The position numbers were made by a program, and so were the translations under genes. From a virus, in IMG/VR virus record IMGVR_UViG_3300043446_005369, positions 20,376-84,375 of that record: 64,000 nt of DNA, one strand, 5' to 3'. This document shows, piece by piece, positions 48,576 through 60,021 of this stretch (its first letter is position 1; each line of letters starts with the position of its first letter). The notes beneath the pieces are model-generated. The model was not told the origin of the DNA. It did no database searches and saw only the letters and a program-made list of their open reading frames with translations.

Positions 48576-51500
48576 TTAATTTAATTTTTTAGCCAAAGCA
48601 CCAGTATCTCTTAAGCCATATTTTCGTCTTTGTATAGTAGGATAAGTGGATAGTCCAGAGCTATATCCATTTGTAGTAATACCGATGCTGGAAGTATATC
48701 CAGAAACTCCAATAGAAATAGGAGAGGATGATCTACTAAATCCGGATAATCTACCCCAAGAGATATTTCCCACTGGATATTTTTCCGTTCCTATTGTTGT
48801 AATACCGACTATATTAGTACTAGTAGAAATATTACATGTTATAATTCCAGTTATTGCATTATATGCATGTACATAATAGATATTATTCAAAAATGAAGTA
48901 CTAATTGCTACAATATCTGATTGGGACACACCTAAAGAAGTGACCCCAGAACCTACGTTAGTATTATTAATGTAAATTGGGTAGCCAACTTTCAATTCGG
49001 AAAGATTTGAAGGAGATGTAATAATATTGAATTTAAGAGCCAATGGGGCTCCAATTCCAGTTGTAGTTGAAATTCCAACTATAGGGCAAGTAAATCCTTC
49101 AATATTAGATATATTTTTTATAGTTTCAACGTCAACTGAATTATTTTTATAATGGTAAATAATGGCATCAATATCAGATAAAGAATTACTTTCATATTCA
49201 AACAATTCAGTATTATCCACAAATAATTCAGTTGAAGATGAAGTAAATCCTCGAATTATATTTGCGGTGGGAAATATCTGAGATTCTAATGAGTCTCTAG
49301 ATTTAGAAACTTCTTCATTATTAATAATTAAATCAGTCTTTTGTTTGGTCCAATATAAAGGTTTTAAATTGTTTTCATCTATACCTAATCCTTTATATGT
49401 TTCAGTTTCAATCGTATTAGATGAAGTAATATTATATACAATTCTCTTATCTTGAGTGATAGTACTGGTTATATCATTATTACTAAAGACTTGAACATTA
49501 TCCCCAGTTTTTATAACAGTATTCACATTCACTAAGAAAGAATCGTCATTAATAGTACCCCTATAGAAGAATATTGAGACATTATCCTCTACCTTAGGGG
49601 GAGTAGTGAATTCGAATGATGTTCCTCCACTAAAACGATAAGCAACACTAGGTTCTTGTAGTATACCATTAATAAAAATTAATAAAACGGAATCTAAATC
49701 TATAAGTTGAGAATCGGAATTATTACTATCATTTTGAAAACTAAGAAGTTCACCACGATAATATAATGGAAATCTTGTTCTTATTCCATCTTGATATGAC
49801 TTAACTGAATCAATATAATCTAGTTCTCCAAATTGCCAGCACGCAAACGAATCATTGAAGGTTTCTAGAACAGTTAAAGTGAACTCATTAATAGGGGAAG
49901 ATAATCCGGATGCGGTAACTAATCCAACTGGTTTAAATACATCACCCTTCCTAAATCCGTAACCATTTCTGGTAACTTTAAATGAGTTTATCTCAAATAA
50001 AGTAGAACCTATTCCAGTTGATGAACTTGGTGACACTTCTACATTTAGAAGCAATCCAACCCCAGTTTCCGTTGTTTGTCCTATACCTATTCTAGAAACA
50101 CCTATAACTGAAAGGTCTTCATAAACTCCAGGCTCATATCCTAGTCCAATACTAGATCCCAGAGAAACAATCATTCCTCCCCTAGGTAATTGATTCTGAT
50201 TAATATCACTATCACTAATAAAGATATTCTGAGTATTTGCTGAAGTAATTCCCGTAAACGTAATACTTGTAATACCAGAATTTAGATTTTCATTTATAAT
50301 ATAATTATTTTTTGAATTATTTGTTGTAGTTGGAGATTGAAAAATACTATTAATCAAAACTATACCATTTCCACCTGTAGTTCCTAATCCTACCGTGTTT
50401 ATACCGAGTTTAGTAAGTCTGAATGTATTGGCAATTCCAGTAAATTGATCAGAAATATCATCATAAATTTGATTTGTAGTATAGTCATTTCTTAAAAATA
50501 CTCTACCATTAAATTCAGCTCTTTCTCTTGAAAGATTTTGATCATTAGGATAAATTAGATCTAAAGAGTTTCCTCTAGGCGCTTGAGTGAAATAAATTTT
50601 GTTACCTGAGATGTTGTAGGATCCCCTGTAAACCCCCACTGAAGACGAATCAGTATGAATCCCCGGTAAGGACCCCAAGAAGCCCCTTGTAGCCTCTACT
50701 AGGGGCACATTACCGGCATATGTGATTGGACCGATATTGGTAGTTCCGAGACCAACATTATTTACATTTAAATATTCATTATCAATCTTCAAAATGTCAT
50801 TTATTCGTATTGAAGTAATACCACTTAAAGCGAAAATCGTAGAAGATGCCCCAATCTGTCCACCATTACCATTTAGCGTATATGATACTAATGAATATGA
50901 AATTGGATATTGAATTAAATTATTAATTGTAATTAAACTTTTTTCGTTTTTCTTAGACATTTCAAGTTCATGAGCATTACCTAAGCCATATGAAGTAAAG
51001 GTAACGCCGATTCCAGATAATGCATATTCCTTTCTAGTAGCTAACCTAAAAGTAGTATTATCGTCTTTAATTGCATAAACTATTTCTGGTAATAATGTAG
51101 TCACTACTCCAACATAATTTAATGTTGCACCAATTCCCATAGGGGCAGTTCCAACTCCAATAAATGTAGATTTTGGTCGATATATGAGTTCTTCTCCAGT
51201 ACTAAAGAAATGGTCTTTAATATTGAATTGTCCAGAAGATAGAGTTAAAACTTCAGAATTTTCTGGATTAAATGTTTTCACAAAAATCGGCTGACCCTGA
51301 TAATTTAATTCAAAATCCAAACGATCAATATTTTGTAGATTTGTACCATAATAATTTGCCAATTTTACGGATTCAGTTATAGAACCATATTTTAAATCAG
51401 GTGGAATATTAATTTTATCCAAATCTTTATAGAAACTTTCATTAAAAGATAATACATTTACTAATTCATTATTTTGAGTATTTGGATAAAATACAACATT

Positions 51501-54500
51501 AAAATTATTTCCAGATATTTCTGAACCAAATGTACCAATTCCAGTCGTACTGCCTATTGATAAGAATGGTCCCTGAATTGTGTGACTATTAACTCCATCA
51601 AATACTGATAAAACCTGATGCAATGCACTTGTATTCCCATAGCCAATTTGGACTAAAGATTTGGCGGCGCTAAAGATATTTTTATCTAAAGATAGTACAA
51701 CTGTAGATCCACTTGATATACTTGTGTTTTGAGAATTATAAACAACAGTTCTTTCATTGCCATCAGATTGTCCGTTTACTTTAAAACGATAAGTTCCAAA
51801 TCCAATATTGGTATCTCCGAATGACGTAGATTTAAGATTTAAATTAACCTTTTCGTTAAGATTATTTGTATAAGTTAAGTAAACTTTTCCGCCAGATATA
51901 TCAGAGCTGAATGTTCCAATAGAAAGATTGTTTTCTTCGCCGGAATTATCAAAATAATATTCATTTAAATAAGTATCAGTTCCATTGTGTGTAAGATAAA
52001 TTTCAATATAATTAATAATACTTCCATTATCATTTGTTACATGGATATTGACAAAAAATGAAGTATATTTTGTTTTATTAAATTCTAAAATATTTGTAGT
52101 TGCATTAGCATTAATCGATTTAGTTGTTGAAATTAAATCGACAAATCCAACTGATTGAGTACTTGCAATCCCCACACTATTGAAAGTATTCTGTAAAATT
52201 TTAATATCAAAAGCGGAATTTTCTGTATCATAAGGTTCCAATTTCAAATAAAAGTTTTGAGACTCATTAATATATCCCGATACATTAACTAGATAAGGTT
52301 TATTGTTAGAAATAACTATATTATTTTTAACTAAATTATACGCATTTTTATTATTATTAATTGTTACAATTTCGCTAAATTGAATTTCATTATTCAATTT
52401 ATTCTGAATCAATACTAAAAATTTATTATATCTATTTCTCTTTTCCAGAGTAAGAATATTTGATATATCTTGATCTCTTTCATCGTCATAACTTGAAAAT
52501 TCATTACTAATATCATCGATTTTCAATACTCTATTGGTTTTACACAGAATATAATCAGATAGATTAAGAGTATTAAATTCTAAAAATTTAGACTTGCCAT
52601 TTAGCGTATCCACATCGAGAACTAAATCCAAATTATTAATAGTATCTACTCGAAGATCACTAATATAGTCTTTAATTAAAATATTGCTTAAGGCTTCAGT
52701 GGTTCCAATTCCTGGACCAACTCTGCCCAATGGGCTAGAGATAATTTGCGTATCTGCAAAATTTTTCAGACCACTAGTGTGCAATAAATTATTTACAGGA
52801 GTTACAATTTCTTCCCAAGTTTTAGTACTCTTTACAGTATAGGATAAATTTTGATAATAATCATTATCAGGTAAACGCTGAGTATCATCACTTAATTTTC
52901 CAGTATTATACTGCCAATCATTATTTTGTCGATTAAAATAATTTGTATTATAGATTCCATTAATAGATTGAATTAAATCTATAGTTGCGATATTTGAAGA
53001 TTCTACTCCTTTTATTATATTATTTAAATTGAGTGAATCATTACCAAAAACTTTAATAAAGTTTTGATTTGAATATTTAATAATTAAATCAGTATCTTCA
53101 TATTGATTTGTATTTCCATTCAAAATTAATAATCTTTCTCCAACTAAAAATTCTGAAATTTCTTGTTCAACCTTAAACTGTGGATAATTTTTGCGATTTA
53201 CAATCGTAGCATATCCATATTGAATCGCCTTTGGTATTCCCGGATTATCTGTATATTCAGAAATATCAAATTCGAGTATAGCGGGATCGGTACTGTAGTA
53301 ATTTGTGATGGTAAAAAATTGATATTCATAGTCTGATGAATTAAGTCCATCTCCAATGTTATCAATATTTTCGATGCCTTCTACAAAAATCTGATCCCCG
53401 ACTTCAAAAGGTATATTTCCAAATCCACCAAAAGGTGTGGTTAATGTACATCTGACAATAGAACCAATCAATTCAACACGATAAACACTAATTCCATTTG
53501 AATTATTAATTGTTTTTAGTGTAATTGGATTGTTAGGTAATCCTTTAGGATTTACAACAATTTCTATATTCCCTATAGAAGATCCGGAAAGTTTAGCTTT
53601 TAATAACCCAGAATTAATCAGTTCTCCAGTATCACTATTAATACAAATAACATCAGGAGGAGAAATATAATTTTTTCCACTATTTAAAATTTCTATACTC
53701 TTAATTGTATTTGAAGATGATACATATAAATTTTTTGCAATATTTGCTATTGGTCTTAATGTTTTATCTGATGAATATTCAAATCCTTCATTTATAGTTT
53801 TAGTTTGTTTGATTCTGCCTATGGAATTCGAAACTGGAACTATAAATGCTCCTGATCCATTTGTAGTAATTAGATTACTAACATTTGGAATCTTTTTATA
53901 ACCAAATCCACCAGAAGAAAGTGAAATTCTATGAATACCCCCAAGTGCAGTATTTGAATTAGTATAATATTCTATGACATCACACTGATTTCTATTATAT
54001 GTTAATCTTTCTGGATATTGATTTAATGAAATCGTAAATGATGTATTATTTTTATCAATTATATTAAATGTACCATTATATGAACTATCTTGATAGGTTA
54101 TTTCTGCATATGATAGAACCTCGTTATCTAAATTGATAGGAATTCCATTCTTCTCAAGATTATAATATAATTTATTGGGTATATTTTCCGAATATTTTAA
54201 CGTTAATGATGCATTTGTAGAAACTCCAGGAGTTCCAACTTTAGTTAATAAGATATTATCACTCTCTCCATCCGATATAAATTTTTTAGTATAATTTATA
54301 TCAGCATACAAATTAAAATCATATCCGGCCAAAGAAGAATCAATTAAGTTGAATTTAACATTATTATTTCTAATTAAGAATAATGACGGATTAATTAAAC
54401 TGATTGTATGAATTCCCAATCCTGAAGATTGTATGTCTATGATTACCGGAGGTGTAGAAATACTATTCAAATAAGTATCAGATAGACTAATATTATTTTC

Positions 54501-57500
54501 ATCTATTTTGTAAATAAAATAGTCACTATTAGATAATCCGCTTGGTGGAGTATTACTTTCAAAAAATATTTTATCTCCAGTATTAAAATCGTGCTCTCCA
54601 ATTTCAATGGAATTTTGTAAAGTATTGACTTTAGTGGAACTAATTCCAATTGAATTAATTAATAATTTATTTCGTGATTGATTAAATTTAACTCTAATAT
54701 CAGTAGAAGTACCAATTCCTACAGATAGAGATGGTTTAATGGTTAAGGATATTTGATCACCATAATTTAAATTATGACTTGTAGAAACTGAAACTACTGT
54801 ATTAATTCGATTCAAATCTACCAACACCGGATTATACTTAGTTTCGATAGAATAATCATAATTATCAGATCCCGATGTAATAAAATAAACTCCATCTGAA
54901 GTTGTTGTGAGACCAATATTAGTAACAACTCCAATAAAATCTTTAGATTTATTAATTACATAAAGAGATTCTGAATTTTCATTTAATATATTAAATGATG
55001 ACTCTTCTGGGTCATTTTTTACTGTGATTGATGATGATCCAGTTTCTTTTCTGAATAAAAGCTCCTGGCCAGTTTTAAATTGATGATTTGGTAAGTATAT
55101 ATTTTGTGTTGGAATAAAGATACTATATTCCGTAGTACCAACAGTATATGTTGTAGAAATTCCAGAACCACTAATTGTACCGATACCTAGACTATAGGTT
55201 GGATTAAAATAAATTTTTCGATTATTCTGTGAATTGAATATAGTTGTAGATTTATTGATTAATATAGAATCTGGTAGGAATCTTACAATAGAACCGGAAG
55301 AATGTGCGACGCCAGCTGAAGACCTTTTTGCTTTAATAATATTATAATTCAAATAGGTATTAAGGACAGAGAAAATTTCATTATCTATTTTAATACTACT
55401 TCCAATGGAAATATTATTTGGTATATGAGATAAGTAAATATCAGTATATTTTCCAGTAGATGAATAGTTAGGAATTGATTTACTTATAGTAGAACTAAAT
55501 GAAGTGACTCCAATTGTATATTTTCCATTGACATTCGATAATCCGGAAATGACAATATTATCACCATTAGAAAAATTATGATAAGGAGTGATAGTAAGTT
55601 TTAATTTATTTTCATTTTCCCAAGTAATCGGAATATTATTATAAGTAGTTACACTTGTTTGTACATTTAGTATGTCTACTCCGGTTACTTCTGAAACTTC
55701 TGCAGCAACTCCCTGCCCATTAGTATCAATTTCATTGAATACTAATTCATCACCAACAGAATAATTTTTTCCAGCATTAATAATTTCAAAACCATTTACA
55801 CTACCAGAACTAACTGATTCTACGATCGTTTTTTGAGATACAATTTCATTCGATTCAATGATAAAATCATTATCTGAATATTGATCATTGACTTTATATG
55901 GGTAAGTATTTCTGATCAATGAAGAATTATTAAAATCAAATGATTGATTTAGTATATCATTATCGGTTAATGGTTCAGAACGATAACTATTTCCAATAAA
56001 ATACGGAAATTGTCCAACTATTTCCCCATCATCATTTATTTCAATTGTTGCAAAATAAGCATAAACTCCATTTGGAAAATCTTTAGTTTTTCCAAATCTT
56101 CCATTGAATTGATCTAAATCTCCTGAATCATCATATACATAATCTTCAACAAAATATCCATACGGAAAATCCGAAACTGGTGGTCTATTTGTTATATTTG
56201 ACGAAACATAACTTGTTTTTAATTCTTTAATTGGTGAATTTTTATTCTTAGAATCACTATACCCATAAGGTCCATAGATTGGATTCCCATCATATGCCCA
56301 ACCAATAATAGGAGAATGTTCTTGACTATCTTTTCCTTGATCATTAAGATAATTTTTAAGATTTTGAGAGTATGAGATTACTGAATACTGTAAATTAGTA
56401 TCTGTTCCAAGTAGCAATTCACTGCATGTATTTCGGTAAGAATTTTTTTGAATTCCATAACGAACTGCATTATTTACTGTCAGTGCTCTTACATTTGCTT
56501 GTATAAAAGCATTTTTACCAGAAGATATTGCATAAATTGATGTATTTTTTGATGTATACCCACTTCCGGAATGAAGAATTATGACATCAATTATTTTATT
56601 ATTTTGTATAACTGCTCTTAATTTAGCACCAATACCATCACCTACAACAATTAATTCTGGTGTTGAATAATAATCGATTCCACTATACTGAACAGCCACG
56701 CTCACAATTTTGCCATTTTGAATTAATGTACTAAATTGCGCCCCAGAACCATTTTTAATATCAATTTTTGGTCTTTGATGAATATTTAAAATTTTAGATC
56801 CATAATTTGATCCCTTTTGATAAGTATATACCTGTACGATTTCTCCCTTTACAACTGGATCTGCGGTAATGGATTCGACTATATTTGTATTTTCACTACC
56901 AGCAAGAGTATAATATACGTTTAATTTAATATCAGGATAACTAAAAATTTGATAACCTACTCCACTACTTGTAAATTTTAGATATTTTTTCTGCTCATAA
57001 TTTGTTCGTATTGTTCCTCCAATTCCTGCATCACAAAGTTTAAATTTATTAGAATCAATTTTTAAAACATAATAATAATTTTCTGTGGATATACCAGTAA
57101 TAGAATTATTATTATATGAGTATTGAATTAACTCTCCATCGGAAAATCCATGATTTATATAATTAATTGAATAATCACTTGTAGATATTTCTGAAGGTGA
57201 TACTCTAAGTTTTCTATTTGTATAATTTTGCCCACCATGAATAACTTTAATTTCCTTTAAAGTATTTTTTAATTCAGTTTTAAATTTATGAATTCCCGCA
57301 TTTCCAATTGTAGTAAATCCTACAGTATTAATTCCTAAATTATAATCATTAATATTTTCATAAAGTTCAATAGTCCTATCATTTATAATTTTTGTGTAAT
57401 AGGTTGCACCATCAATTAATGATTTAGACTGATTATTATTTGATCCTTCATAATTCCCAACACCAATTGGATTGTTATTCGTATTTTTAATATAGACAAT

Positions 57501-60020
57501 TGATTGACCATTATTTAAATTATGATTCTGTAAGAATGTAATGGTTTCATTATTGAAGTCTAGGCCACCACCATTTGCGATAGATCTTGCATCAAATTCT
57601 AATTCTCTTGCGGTTTTTTCTATGACTGGTTCAAACACTGCTCCCGTGCCATTACCACCAGTCAATTCAATCTTAATTATTGAATCAATATTAAAATCCT
57701 GAGGATCAACATAAACTTCTCTAACAGTTCCAGATACGACTGGTTGTAATAAAGCATTACCATCTACTTCAAGGCGTGGAGGATTTATTACATCATAATC
57801 AGATCCACCATTTAAAACTTCTACATTTTCTAATGGACCATAGAAGATTTTATCATTTGATTTATAATTATAAATTTCCACACCATTGTTAAGCATTCCA
57901 ATAGATCCCGGAATGGTGGAATTTTGAAGATTGCTGTATAAATTGGGTTCTAGCTTAAATTTTTTTAACAGTTTTTGAGCTGATATCTTTTTATTATATT
58001 GTGAATATAGAGTAAAGATATGATTTGGGGATAAAGATGTATTTGAAGTATTTTTAAATACAACAAAATCTTCCGCTGAAATTGCGGTTCTACTTTGATA
58101 TAATCTAATTGATTTTTTATCGTCCAATACTTCAACATAATAGATTCCATTTTCTAAACCTAAAATTTGAGAATTATTAGATGAATAATAAATCTTATCT
58201 CCAGTCACAAAGGAAATTACTTTATCAAATGTAATTATAGAACAAAATATATCAAATTCTTGATTCTTAATTACTGATTTTGCAGTATATTTTAGAATAT
58301 TTGTCGTAATTTCATATGATGGTAATGAGTTTGAGGCAACATACATATATTCTGAATTTTCATCATATATGTTTTGTATATTTGAGAATAATGTATTATT
58401 CCCATATTCAATTGGAATTATTGATGATGATGCCTTTTTAATTTTTCTACGAATATCATAAAGACCAGAATCTTTCAATGAAGAAGTGTTTACATTTATT
58501 CGTAATTCTTGTTTTGATTGAGAAATCGAAATGACTCTAATATCTTCAAAATTTGGTATTACTAATTCGCTATCACGACTTAAAATTTCTATTTCATCTC
58601 CCGGTACTAAATTACAAGAATCAACAGTAGTTTTTAATATAATACTTGCACTTTCAAATTTTTCAACTTGATATCTTGTGCTAGTATTATAAACCCAACT
58701 ATTTGCAAATATTTGTTTTCTTGTATTTCCAGATGTAATTTTTTCTCCTAAATTTTTTGGTGAAATTTCTTCATTTTCAATAAAACTATATGAATCATTT
58801 TCAAAAGTAATATTAGATAAAACTCCCGTAATTCTAAACTCAACTTTTCGATTCAAATCACCATTTTCATATCCATAATAAGTATTGTTTGAATTTACTA
58901 TTTCAGTTTTATGAATATCGATCTCTTCATTTTTACTATAACATCCTAAAAATTGATTTATAGTTTTGGCTGTATACAAAATCTCCTGATTTTTATAATA
59001 AAAACTTCCAGATTCAGGAAATCCAATTGTAGAATCTACTGTAACTACTGATAAATTTGGTAAATTTGAAATTGTCACATCTTCAATAACATGACTACTT
59101 TCTGTAATTGAAAATGTACCAGTAATGGTTGGATAAGTATCATCATATCCAACAAAACAATAAAGTTTATAGTATGTTTTATCTTTTCTAGTAATTGTTT
59201 CAACCCTAGAGACAGAGGCTGTAGTATATGAATCTGTATTTTTTTTAATTGTTTGTCCAACAAGTTGTGATGGATTTCCACTAATTACATCAATAACAGC
59301 AATATCTCTTCGAATATAGTTTGCATTTGATGATTTAAAGAGATATTGTTCTAAATCAATGATATTTGGCGTTTCACCAAATAAAACATTAAAAAGAATT
59401 CTGAACGATTCTACCGTTCCCTTTGTTTGATAAAATGTTTTTGCATTGCGAATAAAATTTCCAACATTTAGGTTTTCAACAAAATTTGTTTTTTCTAGAC
59501 CAGGAGTCAAAGAAAATTTAATTTTCTTATAAAATTCTTTTAAAAATAAAGAACTTAGATTTTTAATTAATGTATCTTTTGAATGATTCGTCGCAAAAGA
59601 AGTATTAAAAATTAATTCTTGCTGTTGATAATTTGTAATACCACTAAATCCACGAATACATCCAATAAAAGAGTCTTCTGTTGAATCAGTATAGGTAATA
59701 ATTTCATCATTTATCTGTAAAAGACCATATTTTTGGGGAAATCCTTTTGTAGTATTAACCCGTATAGTTGTAGATGTAGATGTAATATCAAATTTTAAGG
59801 TTGTTGAATCTACAATAACTTCCGGAATTAAATGATCAAGATTTAAATATTGATCTAAATTTTCTGCAATATCTACTGGTCCACTTTGATATTCTTGGGA
59901 AATATAATATTGCTTTAAAAATTCCGCTGCCTTGGGATTCTCATCTAAAATAAACTCAGGAAGTTGATTTTCAATAATTTGTTGAATTTTTATTCTAGAT
60001 TCAAAACCATTTTCTAACAT
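48576..60020 (-). CDS. gp7: giant baseplate wedge protein gp7 (3814 aa)
   Basis: QLPEF..FLKQYY, FYQTKGT..SFRILF and DNDYYQNLSY..LLHTSG motifs; lies between gp6 and gp8. Confidence 0.85.
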   Translation of the reverse strand: MLENGFESRIKIQQIIENQLPEFILDENPKAAEFLKQYYISQEYQSGPVDIAENLDQYLNLDHLIPEVIVDSTTLKFDITSTSTTIRVNTTKGFPQKYGLLQINDEIITYTDSTEDSFIGCIRGFSGITNYQQQELIFNTSFATNHSKDTLIKNLSSLFLKEFYKKIKFSLTPGLEKTNFVENLNVGNFIRNAKTFYQTKGTVESFRILFNVLFGETPNIIDLEQYLFKSSNANYIRRDIAVIDVISGNPSQLVGQTIKKNTDSYTTASVSRVETITRKDKTYYKLYCFVGYDDTYPTITGTFSITESSHVIEDVTISNLPNLSVVTVDSTIGFPESGSFYYKNQEILYTAKTINQFLGCYSKNEEIDIHKTEIVNSNNTYYGYENGDLNRKVEFRITGVLSNITFENDSYSFIENEEISPKNLGEKITSGNTRKQIFANSWVYNTSTRYQVEKFESASIILKTTVDSCNLVPGDEIEILSRDSELVIPNFEDIRVISISQSKQELRINVNTSSLKDSGLYDIRRKIKKASSSIIPIEYGNNTLFSNIQNIYDENSEYMYVASNSLPSYEITTNILKYTAKSVIKNQEFDIFCSIITFDKVISFVTGDKIYYSSNNSQILGLENGIYYVEVLDDKKSIRLYQSRTAISAEDFVVFKNTSNTSLSPNHIFTLYSQYNKKISAQKLLKKFKLEPNLYSNLQNSTIPGSIGMLNNGVEIYNYKSNDKIFYGPLENVEVLNGGSDYDVINPPRLEVDGNALLQPVVSGTVREVYVDPQDFNIDSIIKIELTGGNGTGAVFEPVIEKTARELEFDARSIANGGGLDFNNETITFLQNHNLNNGQSIVYIKNTNNNPIGVGNYEGSNNNQSKSLIDGATYYTKIINDRTIELYENINDYNLGINTVGFTTIGNAGIHKFKTELKNTLKEIKVIHGGQNYTNRKLRVSPSEISTSDYSINYINHGFSDGELIQYSYNNNSITGISTENYYYVLKIDSNKFKLCDAGIGGTIRTNYEQKKYLKFTSSGVGYQIFSYPDIKLNVYYTLAGSENTNIVESITADPVVKGEIVQVYTYQKGSNYGSKILNIHQRPKIDIKNGSGAQFSTLIQNGKIVSVAVQYSGIDYYSTPELIVVGDGIGAKLRAVIQNNKIIDVIILHSGSGYTSKNTSIYAISSGKNAFIQANVRALTVNNAVRYGIQKNSYRNTCSELLLGTDTNLQYSVISYSQNLKNYLNDQGKDSQEHSPIIGWAYDGNPIYGPYGYSDSKNKNSPIKELKTSYVSSNITNRPPVSDFPYGYFVEDYVYDDSGDLDQFNGRFGKTKDFPNGVYAYFATIEINDDGEIVGQFPYFIGNSYRSEPLTDNDILNQSFDFNNSSLIRNTYPYKVNDQYSDNDFIIESNEIVSQKTIVESVSSGSVNGFEIINAGKNYSVGDELVFNEIDTNGQGVAAEVSEVTGVDILNVQTSVTTYNNIPITWENENKLKLTITPYHNFSNGDNIVISGLSNVNGKYTIGVTSFSSTISKSIPNYSSTGKYTDIYLSHIPNNISIGSSIKIDNEIFSVLNTYLNYNIIKAKRSSAGVAHSSGSIVRFLPDSILINKSTTIFNSQNNRKIYFNPTYSLGIGTISGSGISTTYTVGTTEYSIFIPTQNIYLPNHQFKTGQELLFRKETGSSSITVKNDPEESSFNILNENSESLYVINKSKDFIGVVTNIGLTTTSDGVYFITSGSDNYDYSIETKYNPVLVDLNRINTVVSVSTSHNLNYGDQISLTIKPSLSVGIGTSTDIRVKFNQSRNKLLINSIGISSTKVNTLQNSIEIGEHDFNTGDKIFFESNTPPSGLSNSDYFIYKIDENNISLSDTYLNSISTPPVIIDIQSSGLGIHTISLINPSLFLIRNNNVKFNLIDSSLAGYDFNLYADINYTKKFISDGESDNILLTKVGTPGVSTNASLTLKYSENIPNKLYYNLEKNGIPINLDNEVLSYAEITYQDSSYNGTFNIIDKNNTSFTISLNQYPERLTYNRNQCDVIEYYTNSNTALGGIHRISLSSGGFGYKKIPNVSNLITTNGSGAFIVPVSNSIGRIKQTKTINEGFEYSSDKTLRPIANIAKNLYVSSSNTIKSIEILNSGKNYISPPDVICINSDTGELINSGLLKAKLSGSSIGNIEIVVNPKGLPNNPITLKTINNSNGISVYRVELIGSIVRCTLTTPFGGFGNIPFEVGDQIFVEGIENIDNIGDGLNSSDYEYQFFTITNYYSTDPAILEFDISEYTDNPGIPKAIQYGYATIVNRKNYPQFKVEQEISEFLVGERLLILNGNTNQYEDTDLIIKYSNQNFIKVFGNDSLNLNNIIKGVESSNIATIDLIQSINGIYNTNYFNRQNNDWQYNTGKLSDDTQRLPDNDYYQNLSYTVKSTKTWEEIVTPVNNLLHTSGLKNFADTQIISSPLGRVGPGIGTTEALSNILIKDYISDLRVDTINNLDLVLDVDTLNGKSKFLEFNTLNLSDYILCKTNRVLKIDDISNEFSSYDDERDQDISNILTLEKRNRYNKFLVLIQNKLNNEIQFSEIVTINNNKNAYNLVKNNIVISNNKPYLVNVSGYINESQNFYLKLEPYDTENSAFDIKILQNTFNSVGIASTQSVGFVDLISTTKSINANATTNILEFNKTKYTSFFVNIHVTNDNGSIINYIEIYLTHNGTDTYLNEYYFDNSGEENNLSIGTFSSDISGGKVYLTYTNNLNEKVNLNLKSTSFGDTNIGFGTYRFKVNGQSDGNERTVVYNSQNTSISSGSTVVLSLDKNIFSAAKSLVQIGYGNTSALHQVLSVFDGVNSHTIQGPFLSIGSTTGIGTFGSEISGNNFNVVFYPNTQNNELVNVLSFNESFYKDLDKINIPPDLKYGSITESVKLANYYGTNLQNIDRLDFELNYQGQPIFVKTFNPENSEVLTLSSGQFNIKDHFFSTGEELIYRPKSTFIGVGTAPMGIGATLNYVGVVTTLLPEIVYAIKDDNTTFRLATRKEYALSGIGVTFTSYGLGNAHELEMSKKNEKSLITINNLIQYPISYSLVSYTLNGNGGQIGASSTIFALSGITSIRINDILKIDNEYLNVNNVGLGTTNIGPITYAGNVPLVEATRGFLGSLPGIHTDSSSVGVYRGSYNISGNKIYFTQAPRGNSLDLIYPNDQNLSRERAEFNGRVFLRNDYTTNQIYDDISDQFTGIANTFRLTKLGINTVGLGTTGGNGIVLINSIFQSPTTTNNSKNNYIINENLNSGITSITFTGITSANTQNIFISDSDINQNQLPRGGMIVSLGSSIGLGYEPGVYEDLSVIGVSRIGIGQTTETGVGLLLNVEVSPSSSTGIGSTLFEINSFKVTRNGYGFRKGDVFKPVGLVTASGLSSPINEFTLTVLETFNDSFACWQFGELDYIDSVKSYQDGIRTRFPLYYRGELLSFQNDSNNSDSQLIDLDSVLLIFINGILQEPSVAYRFSGGTSFEFTTPPKVEDNVSIFFYRGTINDDSFLVNVNTVIKTGDNVQVFSNNDITSTITQDKRIVYNITSSNTIETETYKGLGIDENNLKPLYWTKQKTDLIINNEEVSKSRDSLESQIFPTANIIRGFTSSSTELFVDNTELFEYESNSLSDIDAIIYHYKNNSVDVETIKNISNIEGFTCPIVGISTTTGIGAPLALKFNIITSPSNLSELKVGYPIYINNTNVGSGVTSLGVSQSDIVAISTSFLNNIYYVHAYNAITGIITCNISTSTNIVGITTIGTEKYPVGNISWGRLSGFSRSSSPISIGVSGYTSSIGITTNGYSSGLSTYPTIQRRKYGLRDTGALAKKLN

Positions 60021-60021
60021 T

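Noticed and set aside
48576-60020. The large size of gp7 and the 2418-aa protein as novelty, or as hidden inteins
   Set aside because: Very large gp7 and VrlC-like proteins are usual in T4-like cyanophages, and no intein junction motifs were seen in them.
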